Source: a virus (Duplodnaviria; Heunggongvirae; Uroviricota; Caudoviricetes). From it: 64,000 nucleotides of DNA. The DNA is taken from the IMG/VR virus record IMGVR_UViG_3300045988_137643, positions 28,377-92,376 of that record; one strand, written 5' to 3'. A program made the position numbers and the translations under genes. The notes beneath the pieces were generated by a model. The model worked only from the letters and a program-made list of their open reading frames with translations. It did no database searches and was not told the DNA's origin. This document shows, one piece after another, positions 18,716-28,333 of this stretch (positions are counted from its first letter, which is position 1; each line of letters starts with the position of its first letter).

Positions 18716-20056
18716 ATGACCGAACTTTGCCATACAGGACGCGGGCTGTCCGAAGAGTTTGATGAAGATTTCCAGAACAGATTGACGGCATATTTTTGTC
18801 GTGATCACGAGTTTCTTACTCGTGCGGGAGATCTGGTTGTACCTAGCCAATTTGCCAATGCGGCCAATGCCATATTGGTTAATATGGTTTCGGGCTATTA
18901 CCGTATGTACAAGAGCGCGCCCTCTTCATCTGCAATTCTGGATATGCTTAAGCGTGCGAAACGCGATAAGACTATCCGTGAGGAACTATTCGCCGATGTT
19001 GTTGCTGCGTTTAAGCGCATCCTTGCAGAAAAATTGTCCGATACCTCGTACATGGTTGACCAGGTATCAACCTTCGCAAAAAGCGTAGCGTTTGATGATG
19101 CTCTGATTAAGGCTGCTGAACTGAAAGAGAAGGGCGACTTTCAGGGGGCGATGGCAATCATGGCCAAGGTTCAGCAGATTGGATCGAACGAAGCGACCGG
19201 AATCTATGACTACTACACCTCCGCAAGTGAGCGATTGAAAGCGCGTGAATATGAGGCTTCAGAGGAGTATGTACCAAACAGTATTACAACTGGACTCCCT
19301 CTTCTCGATAGGTTGCTGTACCAAAAAGGCTGGGCAAAGCGCGAAATGGTGCTCTTCATGGGGTTCGCTAAATCCGGTAAATCGACCGCAATGGGTGAGT
19401 TTTCCATAAACGCAACGCTTGCTGGCTACAATGTACTGTATCTCTCGCTGGAGGTTCACACCAACATTTTGTCCGACCGTTTTGATGCAAGATTGTCGGA
19501 GACGGAAATGTCCAAGCTGGTGGAACGGCGCGATGAAGTTCATCGTAAGTTGGCAGAGTTGGGAGCCACTAAGGGGATTGGTAGTTTGTGGGTTGTTGAG
19601 CGTCCGTCAGGAAGTATGTCACCGGCAGATCTGGACCGTATGCTTAACAGTATGAAAGCCAATGGCATGGTGCCTGACATGCTTGTTGTCGACTACGCAG
19701 ATTTGATGCGTGCCAGTTATGACCTTCGTGATGATCGCGCCAACATTCGTAGTATCTACACCGATTTACGTGCTCTTTATGACAAACATAACGTTGCTGG
19801 AATCACGGCATCGCAGACAAACCGTGAAGGTGGCGCGTCAGAAGTTGCCACAATGATGCACGCCGCCGACAACATCGAAAAAGTACGTATTGCTGACCTG
19901 GTAATAACGATCAACAAAACCGAAGAAGAAGAAGCGAAAGGAGAGGCTCGTCTCTACTTTGCTGGTTCACGTAACCAGCAGGGAGGGATCAGCATTCGTG
20001 TTAAACAAAACCTCGAACAAATGCGCTTCATTGAGCGGATCTTAGACGTTACCTAA
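18716..20056 (+). CDS. DnaB-family replicative helicase
   Basis: Walker A GFAKSGKST; LVVDYADLM and ASQTNREG helicase motifs. Confidence 0.75.
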   Translation: MTELCHTGRGLSEEFDEDFQNRLTAYFCRDHEFLTRAGDLVVPSQFANAANAILVNMVSGYYRMYKSAPSSSAILDMLKRAKRDKTIREELFADVVAAFKRILAEKLSDTSYMVDQVSTFAKSVAFDDALIKAAELKEKGDFQGAMAIMAKVQQIGSNEATGIYDYYTSASERLKAREYEASEEYVPNSITTGLPLLDRLLYQKGWAKREMVLFMGFAKSGKSTAMGEFSINATLAGYNVLYLSLEVHTNILSDRFDARLSETEMSKLVERRDEVHRKLAELGATKGIGSLWVVERPSGSMSPADLDRMLNSMKANGMVPDMLVVDYADLMRASYDLRDDRANIRSIYTDLRALYDKHNVAGITASQTNREGGASEVATMMHAADNIEKVRIADLVITINKTEEEEAKGEARLYFAGSRNQQGGISIRVKQNLEQMRFIERILDVT

Positions 20057-20137
20057 AAAATAAGCGTGGAGAACACCTCCACGCTTGATTCATTGGTGAA
20101 ACAACTTTTCTTTTGCCAAACCACAAAAGAAAAACAC

Positions 20138-21319
20138 ATGAGCCTTTATGTTATATCAACATTTAGGTTGGTCACAATATTGCCTGTTAAAAGTGGAATT
20201 ATCGTGAGCGAGCTGAAAGAGCTAATTACCGAATTAGATTTTGAACAATGGTTGGACACTGAAGGTATCGTTTATCGACGTGGAGGCGTGAGTGCTCGCG
20301 GTCGTGAAGTGAATATCAAGGAGTGTCCGGTATGCGGCAGCTCCAACTGGAAGGTATATTTCAATCTGACCAGTGGCGTCGGCAAATGCTTCGCTGGTGA
20401 TCATCCCGAAGAGATTCAGTTCAATAAGCTGGTCTTCCTCAAGCACTACAGCGGTAAATCACGACGACAGTTCGAGGAATATGTGCAGAACGCTCTTCTT
20501 TCCCAGGGGTGGGCACCAAAGAAAGAAGAGATAGTGCTTACAAGCACAGTCGAGTTAGAGGGACCACTTGCACTCCCTCGTCATTACGAACTTCCTATAG
20601 ATGGCCGTCTTCCAGACTATCTGGTTGAACGAAACATATCGCCTGAAATGGCAAAGTATTTTGACCTACGATACTGCGTCGAAGGCAAGCACGCTTATGT
20701 AGATCCGTATACAGATCAGGTTAAAGGACAGATATTCGATATGCGAATACTGATACCGGTTTACGATCTGGATGGGGTAATGAAGACATTTCAGGGGCGA
20801 GACATTACCGGTACAGCTGAACGTCGCTACCTCTTTCCTATGCAGCTTCCAGCTTCAGGCAAGTTTCTCTACAACGGCCATAATGCGGTCGGCAAACAGA
20901 CTGTAGTTGTCTGTGAGGGGGCGTTCGATGTTATGGGGGTTAAACGAGCTATTTTTGATGAAGAAACATTACGTGATTACGTGGAACCGATAGGAACGTT
21001 CGGGATGCATCTATCTGGTAACACCACTCAGGATGCAGAAGATCAGTTAGGCGCGTTCCTGACGCTCAAGGCGCGTGGGTTACGTAATGTGATCATGATG
21101 TGGGATAGTGAAAAGCAAGCTATACGCAACACTATGGCCGCAGCCAGGCGACTGACCAGTATCGGTCTTAATGTCAAAGTTGCGTGTTTGGGTGAGGAAG
21201 GACTCGACCCGGGCGGTGCAACGCCAGAACAAATTATCAAAGCCTATTATCGGGCAAAACCGTATACCAAACAGTTGGAGTTGCAAAGCAAGGTTTTGGG
21301 CATTAAGGCTCTATCGTAA
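20138..21319 (+). CDS. DNA primase (zinc ribbon plus TOPRIM)
   Basis: CPVCGSS...GKC zinc ribbon; VVVCEGAFDVMG TOPRIM; ATG 20138 preferred because the track start 20066 overlaps a hairpin and 20138 has the conserved AAAGAAAAACACATG context. Confidence 0.65.
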   Translation: MSLYVISTFRLVTILPVKSGIIVSELKELITELDFEQWLDTEGIVYRRGGVSARGREVNIKECPVCGSSNWKVYFNLTSGVGKCFAGDHPEEIQFNKLVFLKHYSGKSRRQFEEYVQNALLSQGWAPKKEEIVLTSTVELEGPLALPRHYELPIDGRLPDYLVERNISPEMAKYFDLRYCVEGKHAYVDPYTDQVKGQIFDMRILIPVYDLDGVMKTFQGRDITGTAERRYLFPMQLPASGKFLYNGHNAVGKQTVVVCEGAFDVMGVKRAIFDEETLRDYVEPIGTFGMHLSGNTTQDAEDQLGAFLTLKARGLRNVIMMWDSEKQAIRNTMAAARRLTSIGLNVKVACLGEEGLDPGGATPEQIIKAYYRAKPYTKQLELQSKVLGIKALS

Positions 21320-21394
21320 CAAGTGCCGCTAAAATAAGTAGATGATTACTTATCTTTCTGTAAGAATACTTTCATCTGTTAGCTAGGAGTTGGT

Positions 21395-22177
21395 ATGAAA
21401 GACGAAATTCACAAATTAGCCTGCGACATCATTGATAAAACTGGTTTAGAAATCAGCGAGAGCAATCGACTAGACATCATTGAAAAAGCGGTAAAAACAG
21501 CAATGGATCATATCGCCACTCGTTTGGTTGAGATCCCGCTACCAGGGCTACCTTATCTGAAAGTTGAGTTACACGTATGGGGTGAACCTTCTTGTGCACG
21601 GCGTTCTGCATTAGTTGTTTTTATTAGCAAAGAAAACCCGCTCAGTCTTAAAGTGCAGGTTGGTGCATGGATGGATGGCAAAGTGATCTACACAAATACC
21701 GTTTTTTGTGCGCCAAACGACAGTATTATTGAAGAGGCTATTCAGGAATCACTTCTTACTATGCATAGCTTAGTTTTGCTGGAAGACAAGCAAAACTACG
21801 AAGAGTACTTACGGTCGATAAAAGGTGAGAGAACATTGTCACTTAAAGCCGATTTCGTTACCCCGACAAACCTGTTGGAAGTCTTGCTTAATAAAGGGGC
21901 TAATGATGCCGTAAATGTAATCAGAGAGAGTGAGTATGCGTCTCTTTGCGACATGTGCAAAAGCCAGTTGGATCTGGTGCATATCGTTATTGATGCTGGG
22001 AAGGCATGTGATGGCGTAATGGCGGAATTTGCTGGGAAGATGGTCAGGATTGCTAACGAATTACCGATGATAGAGCAAGAGGCTAAATCATACGCCACCA
22101 ATCATGTCACAGAGCTTCTTGTCCCCTATCGCTTAGAAAGCAATCAGCGCAAGATGGTTAGCTGGGGAAGTTGGTAA
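21395..22177 (+). CDS. Hypothetical protein
   Basis: ORF only. Confidence 0.3.
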   Translation: MKDEIHKLACDIIDKTGLEISESNRLDIIEKAVKTAMDHIATRLVEIPLPGLPYLKVELHVWGEPSCARRSALVVFISKENPLSLKVQVGAWMDGKVIYTNTVFCAPNDSIIEEAIQESLLTMHSLVLLEDKQNYEEYLRSIKGERTLSLKADFVTPTNLLEVLLNKGANDAVNVIRESEYASLCDMCKSQLDLVHIVIDAGKACDGVMAEFAGKMVRIANELPMIEQEAKSYATNHVTELLVPYRLESNQRKMVSWGSW

Positions 22178-22232
22178 TCTCTCCGCGCGTCGTTTTTTAC
22201 GCAAATAACGATAGGTAAGTACAAGATTATTT

Positions 22233-22715
22233 ATGGCGGTAGTTGTGAAAACTGATTTGTCAAAAATCCCCTCTATTTCAGGAAATAATGGTTATTCACT
22301 TCGTTGTGAGGAAGTAAAGATAAACGGTGAGTCGGCATATTGCAGCTACTCCGTTTGCCAGCACACCATTCTTGCCTTCAAAGAAAACCGTCTTCCTCGA
22401 ACTTCATTCCAGTCGTGCGCAACCGCTATCAAAGCAGGCAAATGCAAGGCGTTAAAAATGATGCTTGAAGAGATTCGTAAAGGAGAATCTCTGTATTTCG
22501 AAGATATGACCGCGCTCATTAAGGAGGTTGAAGAACGGAATAAACAAGCCAGAACTTTAAAACGAAAACGTGACAGTGTAACGATTAATAGCATGGTTAA
22601 GAAGAGCGCCACATCACAAACAGCGATCACTGACGTGTATGCGGCGTTGCTTGAAGAAACAACAAAAGAAACACATGAGCAAATCGATCAACATATGGAG
22701 GCAAAACAACAATGA
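22233..22715 (+). CDS. Hypothetical protein
   Basis: ORF only. Confidence 0.3.
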   Translation: MAVVVKTDLSKIPSISGNNGYSLRCEEVKINGESAYCSYSVCQHTILAFKENRLPRTSFQSCATAIKAGKCKALKMMLEEIRKGESLYFEDMTALIKEVEERNKQARTLKRKRDSVTINSMVKKSATSQTAITDVYAALLEETTKETHEQIDQHMEAKQQ

Positions 22716-24034
22716 AAAAGTTGATCGCACTTAAGCATAAGCTGGACGAAATGAAAGCTATGGGAACCAATGCAAAAAAAGAGGCATTGGCCAACATGGA
22801 TGACTTCGAGCAAAGCATGGTTTCATTGATGCTCAACCCTTTCATCCGTTTTGGGGTAAAGAAATACAAAGTGGCAGAGCCGCTTAGTGAGTCCGTCCCA
22901 AGTGACGAAAAAGCCATTGATATACTGAATAAGCTGGCCTCTCGCGAGCTGACGGGGAACGCAGCAATAGCTGCTGTTGAGTCTATCGTGGCGTCAATGT
23001 GCGCCGATGGGCAGGACGTGTTCCGTCGTTTCCTCTTAAAAGATCCGAAAGCTGGCGTTGGGATTAGCCTATGCAACAAGGTTTTTGAAAATCCCATTCC
23101 GAAATTCGAGGTGCAGCTGGCGTCACCGTATAAAGAAAAAGGTGACAAATACCCCTTCAAGCCAAATCCTAAAGCCAAATGGCCGATGATTGGCAGCCTT
23201 AAGCTCGATGGTTTGCGAGTAATTTGTGAGGTTATTGTTGACGAGGAAGAGGTTAACTTCCTTTCTCGTACTGGTAATCCAATCACGTCTCTCGATCACC
23301 TAAAGCCAGCCATGCTCGAATTAGGCAAACTTTCAGGCCACAAACACATCTTCTTCGATGGTGAAGGAACAGCCGGTTCATTTAACCAGTCCGTATCTGC
23401 ATTGCGCAAAAAGAACGTGCAGGCAATTGGCGCTATTTATCATGTTTTCGACTTCTTCCTACCGGAATGGCGAGCACAGGCTAAATCCAAAGAGTATGCA
23501 AAGACAGGTATGAAGCTGAAAGAGCGCCTGGCTATGCTGGTGGCGTTGTTCAAAAACGATCGCAGTGAAGGCTACACACAAGACATTCACCTGCATCCGT
23601 TCTATATCATCCATAGCCACGAAGACTTCATCGAACGCTTCATGAAACGCCTGGACGATAACGAAGAAGGGGAGATGGGCAAAGATCCGAACTCTGTTTA
23701 CGAGTTTAAACGTACCCGCAGCTGGTGGAAGTTAAAAGACGAAGATTCAGAAGATGGTGAAATTATCGACTTTGAGCCGGGCGACCCGGACTCTGGTTTT
23801 GCCAACACACTTGGAAAAATTGTTATTCGTCTTGAAAACGGCGTCATCGTTCGTGCGAGCGGCATTAAGCATAAATATCTGGACGAGATCTGGAACAACA
23901 AAGAGAAGTACCGTGGTCGTATTGTCGAGGTTCATTGTCACGAGAAAACACCGGACGGCAGCTTACGCCACCCACGACTGAAATGGCCGCGTTGCTTACG
24001 CGATACAGAAGATCGAATCGGAGATAAAGAATGA
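22712..24034 (+). CDS. ATP-dependent DNA ligase
   Basis: Ligase motif I KLDGLR; 440 aa. Confidence 0.7.
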   Translation: MKKLIALKHKLDEMKAMGTNAKKEALANMDDFEQSMVSLMLNPFIRFGVKKYKVAEPLSESVPSDEKAIDILNKLASRELTGNAAIAAVESIVASMCADGQDVFRRFLLKDPKAGVGISLCNKVFENPIPKFEVQLASPYKEKGDKYPFKPNPKAKWPMIGSLKLDGLRVICEVIVDEEEVNFLSRTGNPITSLDHLKPAMLELGKLSGHKHIFFDGEGTAGSFNQSVSALRKKNVQAIGAIYHVFDFFLPEWRAQAKSKEYAKTGMKLKERLAMLVALFKNDRSEGYTQDIHLHPFYIIHSHEDFIERFMKRLDDNEEGEMGKDPNSVYEFKRTRSWWKLKDEDSEDGEIIDFEPGDPDSGFANTLGKIVIRLENGVIVRASGIKHKYLDEIWNNKEKYRGRIVEVHCHEKTPDGSLRHPRLKWPRCLRDTEDRIGDKE

Positions 24035-24207
24035 TGCTCGGCTGGATGATTGCATTTTTAGCGGTTGGTTTTTTAATCGGTATTGTTGTGATGTCCAGTT
24101 GCATCAATGACTACATTAAAAGCGGTGTTATAGAAAGACGCGGTCGTATTTATCGCATTGTTGAAATAACCAACACCGTGAAGGAGATTAAGGATGATCG
24201 TATTAAG
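24031..24207 (+). CDS. Small membrane protein (paralogue of 24406-24558)
   Basis: 58 aa, below the track cutoff; N-terminal TM then GRIYRIVEITNTVKE; start overlaps ligase stop (ATGA). Confidence 0.3.
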
Positions 24208-24409
24208 TAAACGGGAGAAGGAAACGCTTCATGAAATCAGTAAGTGGCCGGAGTTCCCTGAGTACTGGAAGCCTAAAACGCGAGCTAAGTTAGAGCGTTT
24301 AGGGTTGGTTGCAAACGTTTCTGAAACGAAGTGTTCGGCCAACTACCAGTTAACTGATAAAGGGAAAGTATTGCTACAGCAATTAGTAGAATCAGGAGTG
24401 TTAAAATGA
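24194..24409 (+). CDS. Hypothetical small protein
   Basis: ORF only. Confidence 0.3.
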   Translation: MIVLSKREKETLHEISKWPEFPEYWKPKTRAKLERLGLVANVSETKCSANYQLTDKGKVLLQQLVESGVLK

Positions 24410-24558
24410 TTCCATATATCTCATTAGCTTTTATGGGTGGCTTCCTTATCGGCTTCGGCATCTGTCGTGATTTAATTAAGCAGGAACTTAAAACCAAAAC
24501 ACTGTGCATCGGAAAGCGCGTGTATCGGGTAGTTCATGAAACAAAGGTGAAAAAATGA
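24406..24558 (+). CDS. Small membrane protein (paralogue of 24031-24207)
   Basis: 50 aa; N-terminal TM then KRVYRVVHETKVKK; ATGA overlaps at both ends. Confidence 0.3.
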   Translation: MIPYISLAFMGGFLIGFGICRDLIKQELKTKTLCIGKRVYRVVHETKVKK

Positions 24559-24845
24559 GCAAGTTAACTTCTTGGGAATGGTGGTTGGCCACCTATTTCT
24601 TAGCGACCGGAGTCGCATTCGCCTTTTACGTAGGTCAGTTAGTCGTAAAACTGTTGCTGATTAAATTTGCTAGTCATAAACGTATCGATGATGGTCTGTG
24701 GCGTCTTGGCACCCTGGTGGAAACTCGCTACGGGCAACTTAAGGAGAACGAAACCATTACTATCCAAGCGAAACGATTCACTGCCACCATCACAAGAACA
24801 CCTGATCGTAGAGTGGCCTTGATCAAAAAAGTCACAACCGAATAA
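24555..24845 (+). CDS. Hypothetical membrane protein
   Basis: N-terminal hydrophobic helix. Confidence 0.3.
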   Translation: MSKLTSWEWWLATYFLATGVAFAFYVGQLVVKLLLIKFASHKRIDDGLWRLGTLVETRYGQLKENETITIQAKRFTATITRTPDRRVALIKKVTTE

Positions 24846-25623
24846 AAACACAATAATAAGTATTTACTTACTTATTTTTTATGTATAAGATGACTTTGTT
24901 TTCGTTGAGACGCGACTGTTTGAACTTAAATACAAGTGCAAACGAAGAAGTCTATCTGGCAGTAGCCTAATAAGCCAAACACCAGCGAGGTCAGTTTCCA
25001 GCCTCGTTACCGAAATGGGACACACTGAGCGAGTGTGATTACAGAACGCAGGAGGGAACATTCATGTTCCCTCCGATGAAGTAACAGAATGGGCGGTTGG
25101 TATATTTTCAACTCCATATGACTCCCGGATTCTTAGCCACTGACCGTCCATCCTGTTACGTCATTTTGTTCAATTATGTCGTTTATACTGGGTTAAAAAG
25201 CGGCGACGTAGCCCGGCTGGTATGGTTAGCCAGCACACAACGTTGAGGCCATTACATTTTTATCAATTCTAAGGTTCTATCCACAGAAAAACCGGCGAAC
25301 GTTGATATGTAACATGTTGGGCAAACATTCAATCGGAGTAGTGGCCTCAACGTTGTGAAGACAGGATAGTTGTGTAGGTTTAACCACTGTTGCCATTGGT
25401 GCCTGTTTTCACAACAAATGATTCCATACATCACATTGTATAAATTACAAAGTAGGTGCTGTCCTCAGAAACATCATCTACTTAAAGAGTTTGCCTTCTA
25501 CTATTGAGCGAAGTCGAAAGCGTCTGGCACTAACGAAAAGTGCAAGTAGCGGTGCGTTTCCTGGCAGAAACTAAACCGTCGCGATTGGCACTGTTGAGTA
25601 ATAAATACTGGCAGTGCCGAATT

Positions 25624-25698
25624 GATGGTGTAGCTCAGCGGTAGAGCAGTTGGCTGTTAACCAACTGGTCGGTGGTTCGAATCCACCCACCATCGCCA
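25624..25698 (+). tRNA. tRNA-Asn (anticodon GTT)
   Basis: Cloverleaf read by hand: 7-bp acceptor gatggtg/caccatc, D-arm GCTC...GAGC, anticodon loop ctGTTaa, T-arm GGTGG-TTCGAAT-CCACC, encoded CCA. Confidence 0.8.
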
Positions 25699-25703
25699 AT
25701 TTA

Positions 25704-25790
25704 GGGGAGTTAGTCCGTAGGGGTAGCGGGGTAGACTGTAAATCTACTGTCATTGCGACTCGGGTGGTTCGACTCCATCACTCCCCACCA
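25704..25790 (+). tRNA. tRNA-Tyr (anticodon GTA), long variable arm
   Basis: Acceptor ggggagt/actcccc, anticodon stem GTAGA/TCTAC with loop cuGUAaa, T-loop TTCGACT, encoded CCA. Confidence 0.7.
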
Positions 25791-25794
25791 AATT

Positions 25795-25870
25795 GCCGGT
25801 TTAGCTCAGTTGGTAGAGCAGTCGCTTTGTAAGCGAATGGCCAGCGGTTCAAGTCCGTTAACCGGCACCA
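25795..25870 (+). tRNA. tRNA-Thr (anticodon TGT)
   Basis: Acceptor gccggtt/aaccggc, D-arm GCTCAGTTGGTAGAGC, anticodon loop ttTGTaa, T-loop TTCAAGT, encoded CCA. Confidence 0.7.
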
Positions 25871-26538
25871 ACATAATATTGAGAACATTGGCGTAACGGG
25901 GTCATATCCCAATCTATGAATAAATGTCGCGTTGCAGCGTGACAACCAGTGTTCTCAACATTGTGGTGAATGCACAGGCTGATGTGCCGCAACTACAGTA
26001 GTGCGCGCTTTGCGGGGCTTGCTACAACCCTGTGTCGGAGTTCAGCACCGACCATCACAATTTGGCTCTCTTGCAACAGCATAACGCTGAAATATGTCCA
26101 ACCTGGTGCGGCCTGTTCACCCGCCGTTAGCTCCACGAAACGGAGCGCACAACAGATAAGAGAACTTCCCATATGGGGCTTGGCTTAAATGCATCGAGTT
26201 CTCTTATCGCTGTGTCACAGACAAATTTCCGACAGCCCTGTTTATCATCGGACGCAACCTAAAAGGTCGAGGCAAAGCCAGGTAATAGCGGAGGGAGTGA
26301 CACAGCACACAACAGGTAAGAGCATTTGTAGAGTTCGACTCTCTACCGTGGGCTTTTTCCCGCGATGCGAGCCATAAATGCTCTTTCCGTTGTGGTGGAT
26401 TCGCAGACTGATGCGATAGCTTTCTTGGATGTTAGGGAAATGCGGCCGCAAATCTTCCCTTTCGCGAGCGGTGATCGTCCGTAGTCCTAATTGGCTGCAC
26501 CGTATGCCGGAGATTCAGTACCGGCCACCACAACGGCC

Positions 26539-26625
26539 GGAGAGTAGGGAGCATGGTGCTCAAGCGGTCTTGAAAACCGTCCCATTGTGCAAACGATGAT
26601 GGTTCGATTCCATTACTCTCCGCCA
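26539..26625 (+). tRNA. tRNA-Ser (anticodon TGA) candidate with atypical D-arm
   Basis: Acceptor ggagagt/actctcc, anticodon loop cuUGAaa, long variable arm, T-loop TTCGATT, CCA; D-loop unusually short so may be degenerate. Confidence 0.5.
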
Positions 26626-26804
26626 GACACAGCGTTGAGCGGTTTGGCCTTTTAATCACCCAGATTAAGACTCCGCTAACATAAACCAGACCGCTCAACG
26701 CTGTGATAGACAATTACGGCAGACGTTCTTAACCATAGCTTGCTAACATCCTAGCAACACTTTTTACAGCGCAAAATTCAAAGGGGCTTCGGCCCCTTTT
26801 TTGG

Positions 26805-27701
26805 TTACTGATTATCTAGGTATGCTATTAACTCATTTTTAATGATCAGTGAATATTCTAAAATCTCACCTAGTAAATACTCTGCTTTTTTAAAATGCCA
26901 CCCCATATAGCCTAATTTTTCTGAAGGTTTTTCTAACAACATTATAATATCGCCGTCTTTCTCTTTGGCAATGTATTGTCTTATTTCTATCTCCCCATTA
27001 TTTCTTGCCTTTCCACTTATTGATGATTCATCCAAAACTTTAGTTATAAACTTTTCCGTGTCGGTGAACTTTCCTGCATTATGCACAATTGTATGTCTTA
27101 GCAATTCAATTAGAGTGATCTCTAAACGATAGTTTTTACCCATCTTGTTATTTATTTCTACGTCTCTGAAATTGGGTAATTTTCTTCTAAATACTTTCAG
27201 GATTTTTTTTGGTGCTTTATTATTTCTTTTTATCGCATTGTAGTAGGTTTCCATGTCTCCATTTTGTTCGATCTGAACATTTTTAAATTCACTAGTTGAC
27301 CAAAAATGGTCATGAATACTCACTGTATGGGCATATATTTTCTTAATATAGTCTTCAAACAATTCATATGCTTCGGTTATAACCCATTGATACTGTTTAT
27401 TTTTTAACACCTCACATAATTTTATCTTCTCTGAGAGATCTGTTCTAGTATACCCAATTCCAAATGTTGAACCTGTATATGGATTTGAGCATGTATAGTT
27501 TGCTAACGTTGTCCCGCATGTTATTGGGGAAGTATTATTAGCATCTAGAGTTTGTACGTTTTCAAGTGTATGCTTAAATCGCTTTATGTTGTCTTTCGTT
27601 GTAACATTTATATGACCTAACAAGTCACAACGTAATATTATTTCATTTCTTAAATCAGTGAATATTTTTTCGACAAAAGAACCTGGTGGGTTTTCAATCA
27701 T
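26805..27701 (-). CDS. AT-rich accessory gene: HEPN-motif protein, candidate abortive-infection/RNase effector
   Basis: 298 aa; Rx4H motif (LLRHTIVHN) at about 27078-27110; markedly lower GC than flanking sequence; only minus-strand gene in its neighbourhood. Confidence 0.4.
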   Translation of the reverse strand: MIENPPGSFVEKIFTDLRNEIILRCDLLGHINVTTKDNIKRFKHTLENVQTLDANNTSPITCGTTLANYTCSNPYTGSTFGIGYTRTDLSEKIKLCEVLKNKQYQWVITEAYELFEDYIKKIYAHTVSIHDHFWSTSEFKNVQIEQNGDMETYYNAIKRNNKAPKKILKVFRRKLPNFRDVEINNKMGKNYRLEITLIELLRHTIVHNAGKFTDTEKFITKVLDESSISGKARNNGEIEIRQYIAKEKDGDIIMLLEKPSEKLGYMGWHFKKAEYLLGEILEYSLIIKNELIAYLDNQ

Positions 27702-27876
27702 CTAAACCTCTACGAAAATCTTACCTATAAGACAGTCCTTAATGTAATCTGTTTTCTCCACTACTTCAAATTACCTCACAATCTACCGATAGGTGACTAC
27801 CTACTTACATACAAAGTTGATTTATAGTATAGTCCCTCTGTTGCGTATTAGTATTTTTAAAGGCATTTGTTAAGTT

Positions 27877-28122
27877 ATGACGATCACTATCTACGGACGA
27901 GATAACTGCTCATACTGCAAACGTGCGGTCGAGCTGGCGAAGCAACTAAAGGGACATGGCTACGGTGATTATGAGTACATCGACATCACCACTGCCGGTA
28001 TCGACAAGAAAAAACTAAGTGAAATTGTTGGTAAACCGGTAGAGACTATCCCCCAAGTACTGATCGATGGTCAACCGATTGGCGGATACACAGAACTGGC
28101 TGCATACGTCAGCACCCTCTGA
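27877..28122 (+). CDS. Glutaredoxin-like redoxin (NrdH/Grx family)
   Basis: 81 aa; CSYC active site near N-terminus; thioredoxin-fold size. Confidence 0.7.
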   Translation: MTITIYGRDNCSYCKRAVELAKQLKGHGYGDYEYIDITTAGIDKKKLSEIVGKPVETIPQVLIDGQPIGGYTELAAYVSTL

Positions 28123-28128
28123 TTTTAA

Positions 28129-28152
28129 CGGCTCACAGGAGCCGTTTTTTAT
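28129..28152 (+). terminator. Rho-independent terminator
   Basis: CGGCTC-acag-GAGCCG hairpin followed by TTTTTT. Confidence 0.6.
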
Positions 28153-28202
28153 TCCCACCAAACTCACTCCTGTTTCCCTTAAAATTCAAAAAACAACGTC
28201 TA

Positions 28203-28235
28203 AATGATTCCATACCTACTATGTATGGAATCATT
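28203..28235. other. Lox/dif-like candidate recombination site: perfect 13-bp inverted repeats around a 7-bp spacer
   Basis: AATGATTCCATAC ctactat GTATGGAATCATT, about 100 bp upstream of the tyrosine recombinase gene. Confidence 0.45.
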
Positions 28236-28333
28236 CGTGAAAATGAGTTACTTTTACTCTTGATCCTATAAGAATCTATGCCTAATATACTGTTTACTTA
28301 TACAGTGAATCGGCGTAACTCGGTGATTGTCAT

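Noticed and set aside
20066-20137. Track start of the primase ORF at 20066
   Set aside because: The extra N-terminal segment overlaps a stable hairpin following the helicase gene; ATG 20138 carries the conserved AAAGAAAAACACATG initiation context
26325-26350. T-arm-like sequence GTAGAGTTCGACTCTCTAC as a fifth tRNA
   Set aside because: No complementary 5' acceptor strand or anticodon arm could be found upstream; kept only as a possible tRNA remnant
24846-26804. Retron, group I intron or tmRNA in the ORF-free region
   Set aside because: No reverse transcriptase gene nearby, no recognisable intron core elements and no tmRNA tag-reading frame could be identified by eye; left as unclassified structured RNA
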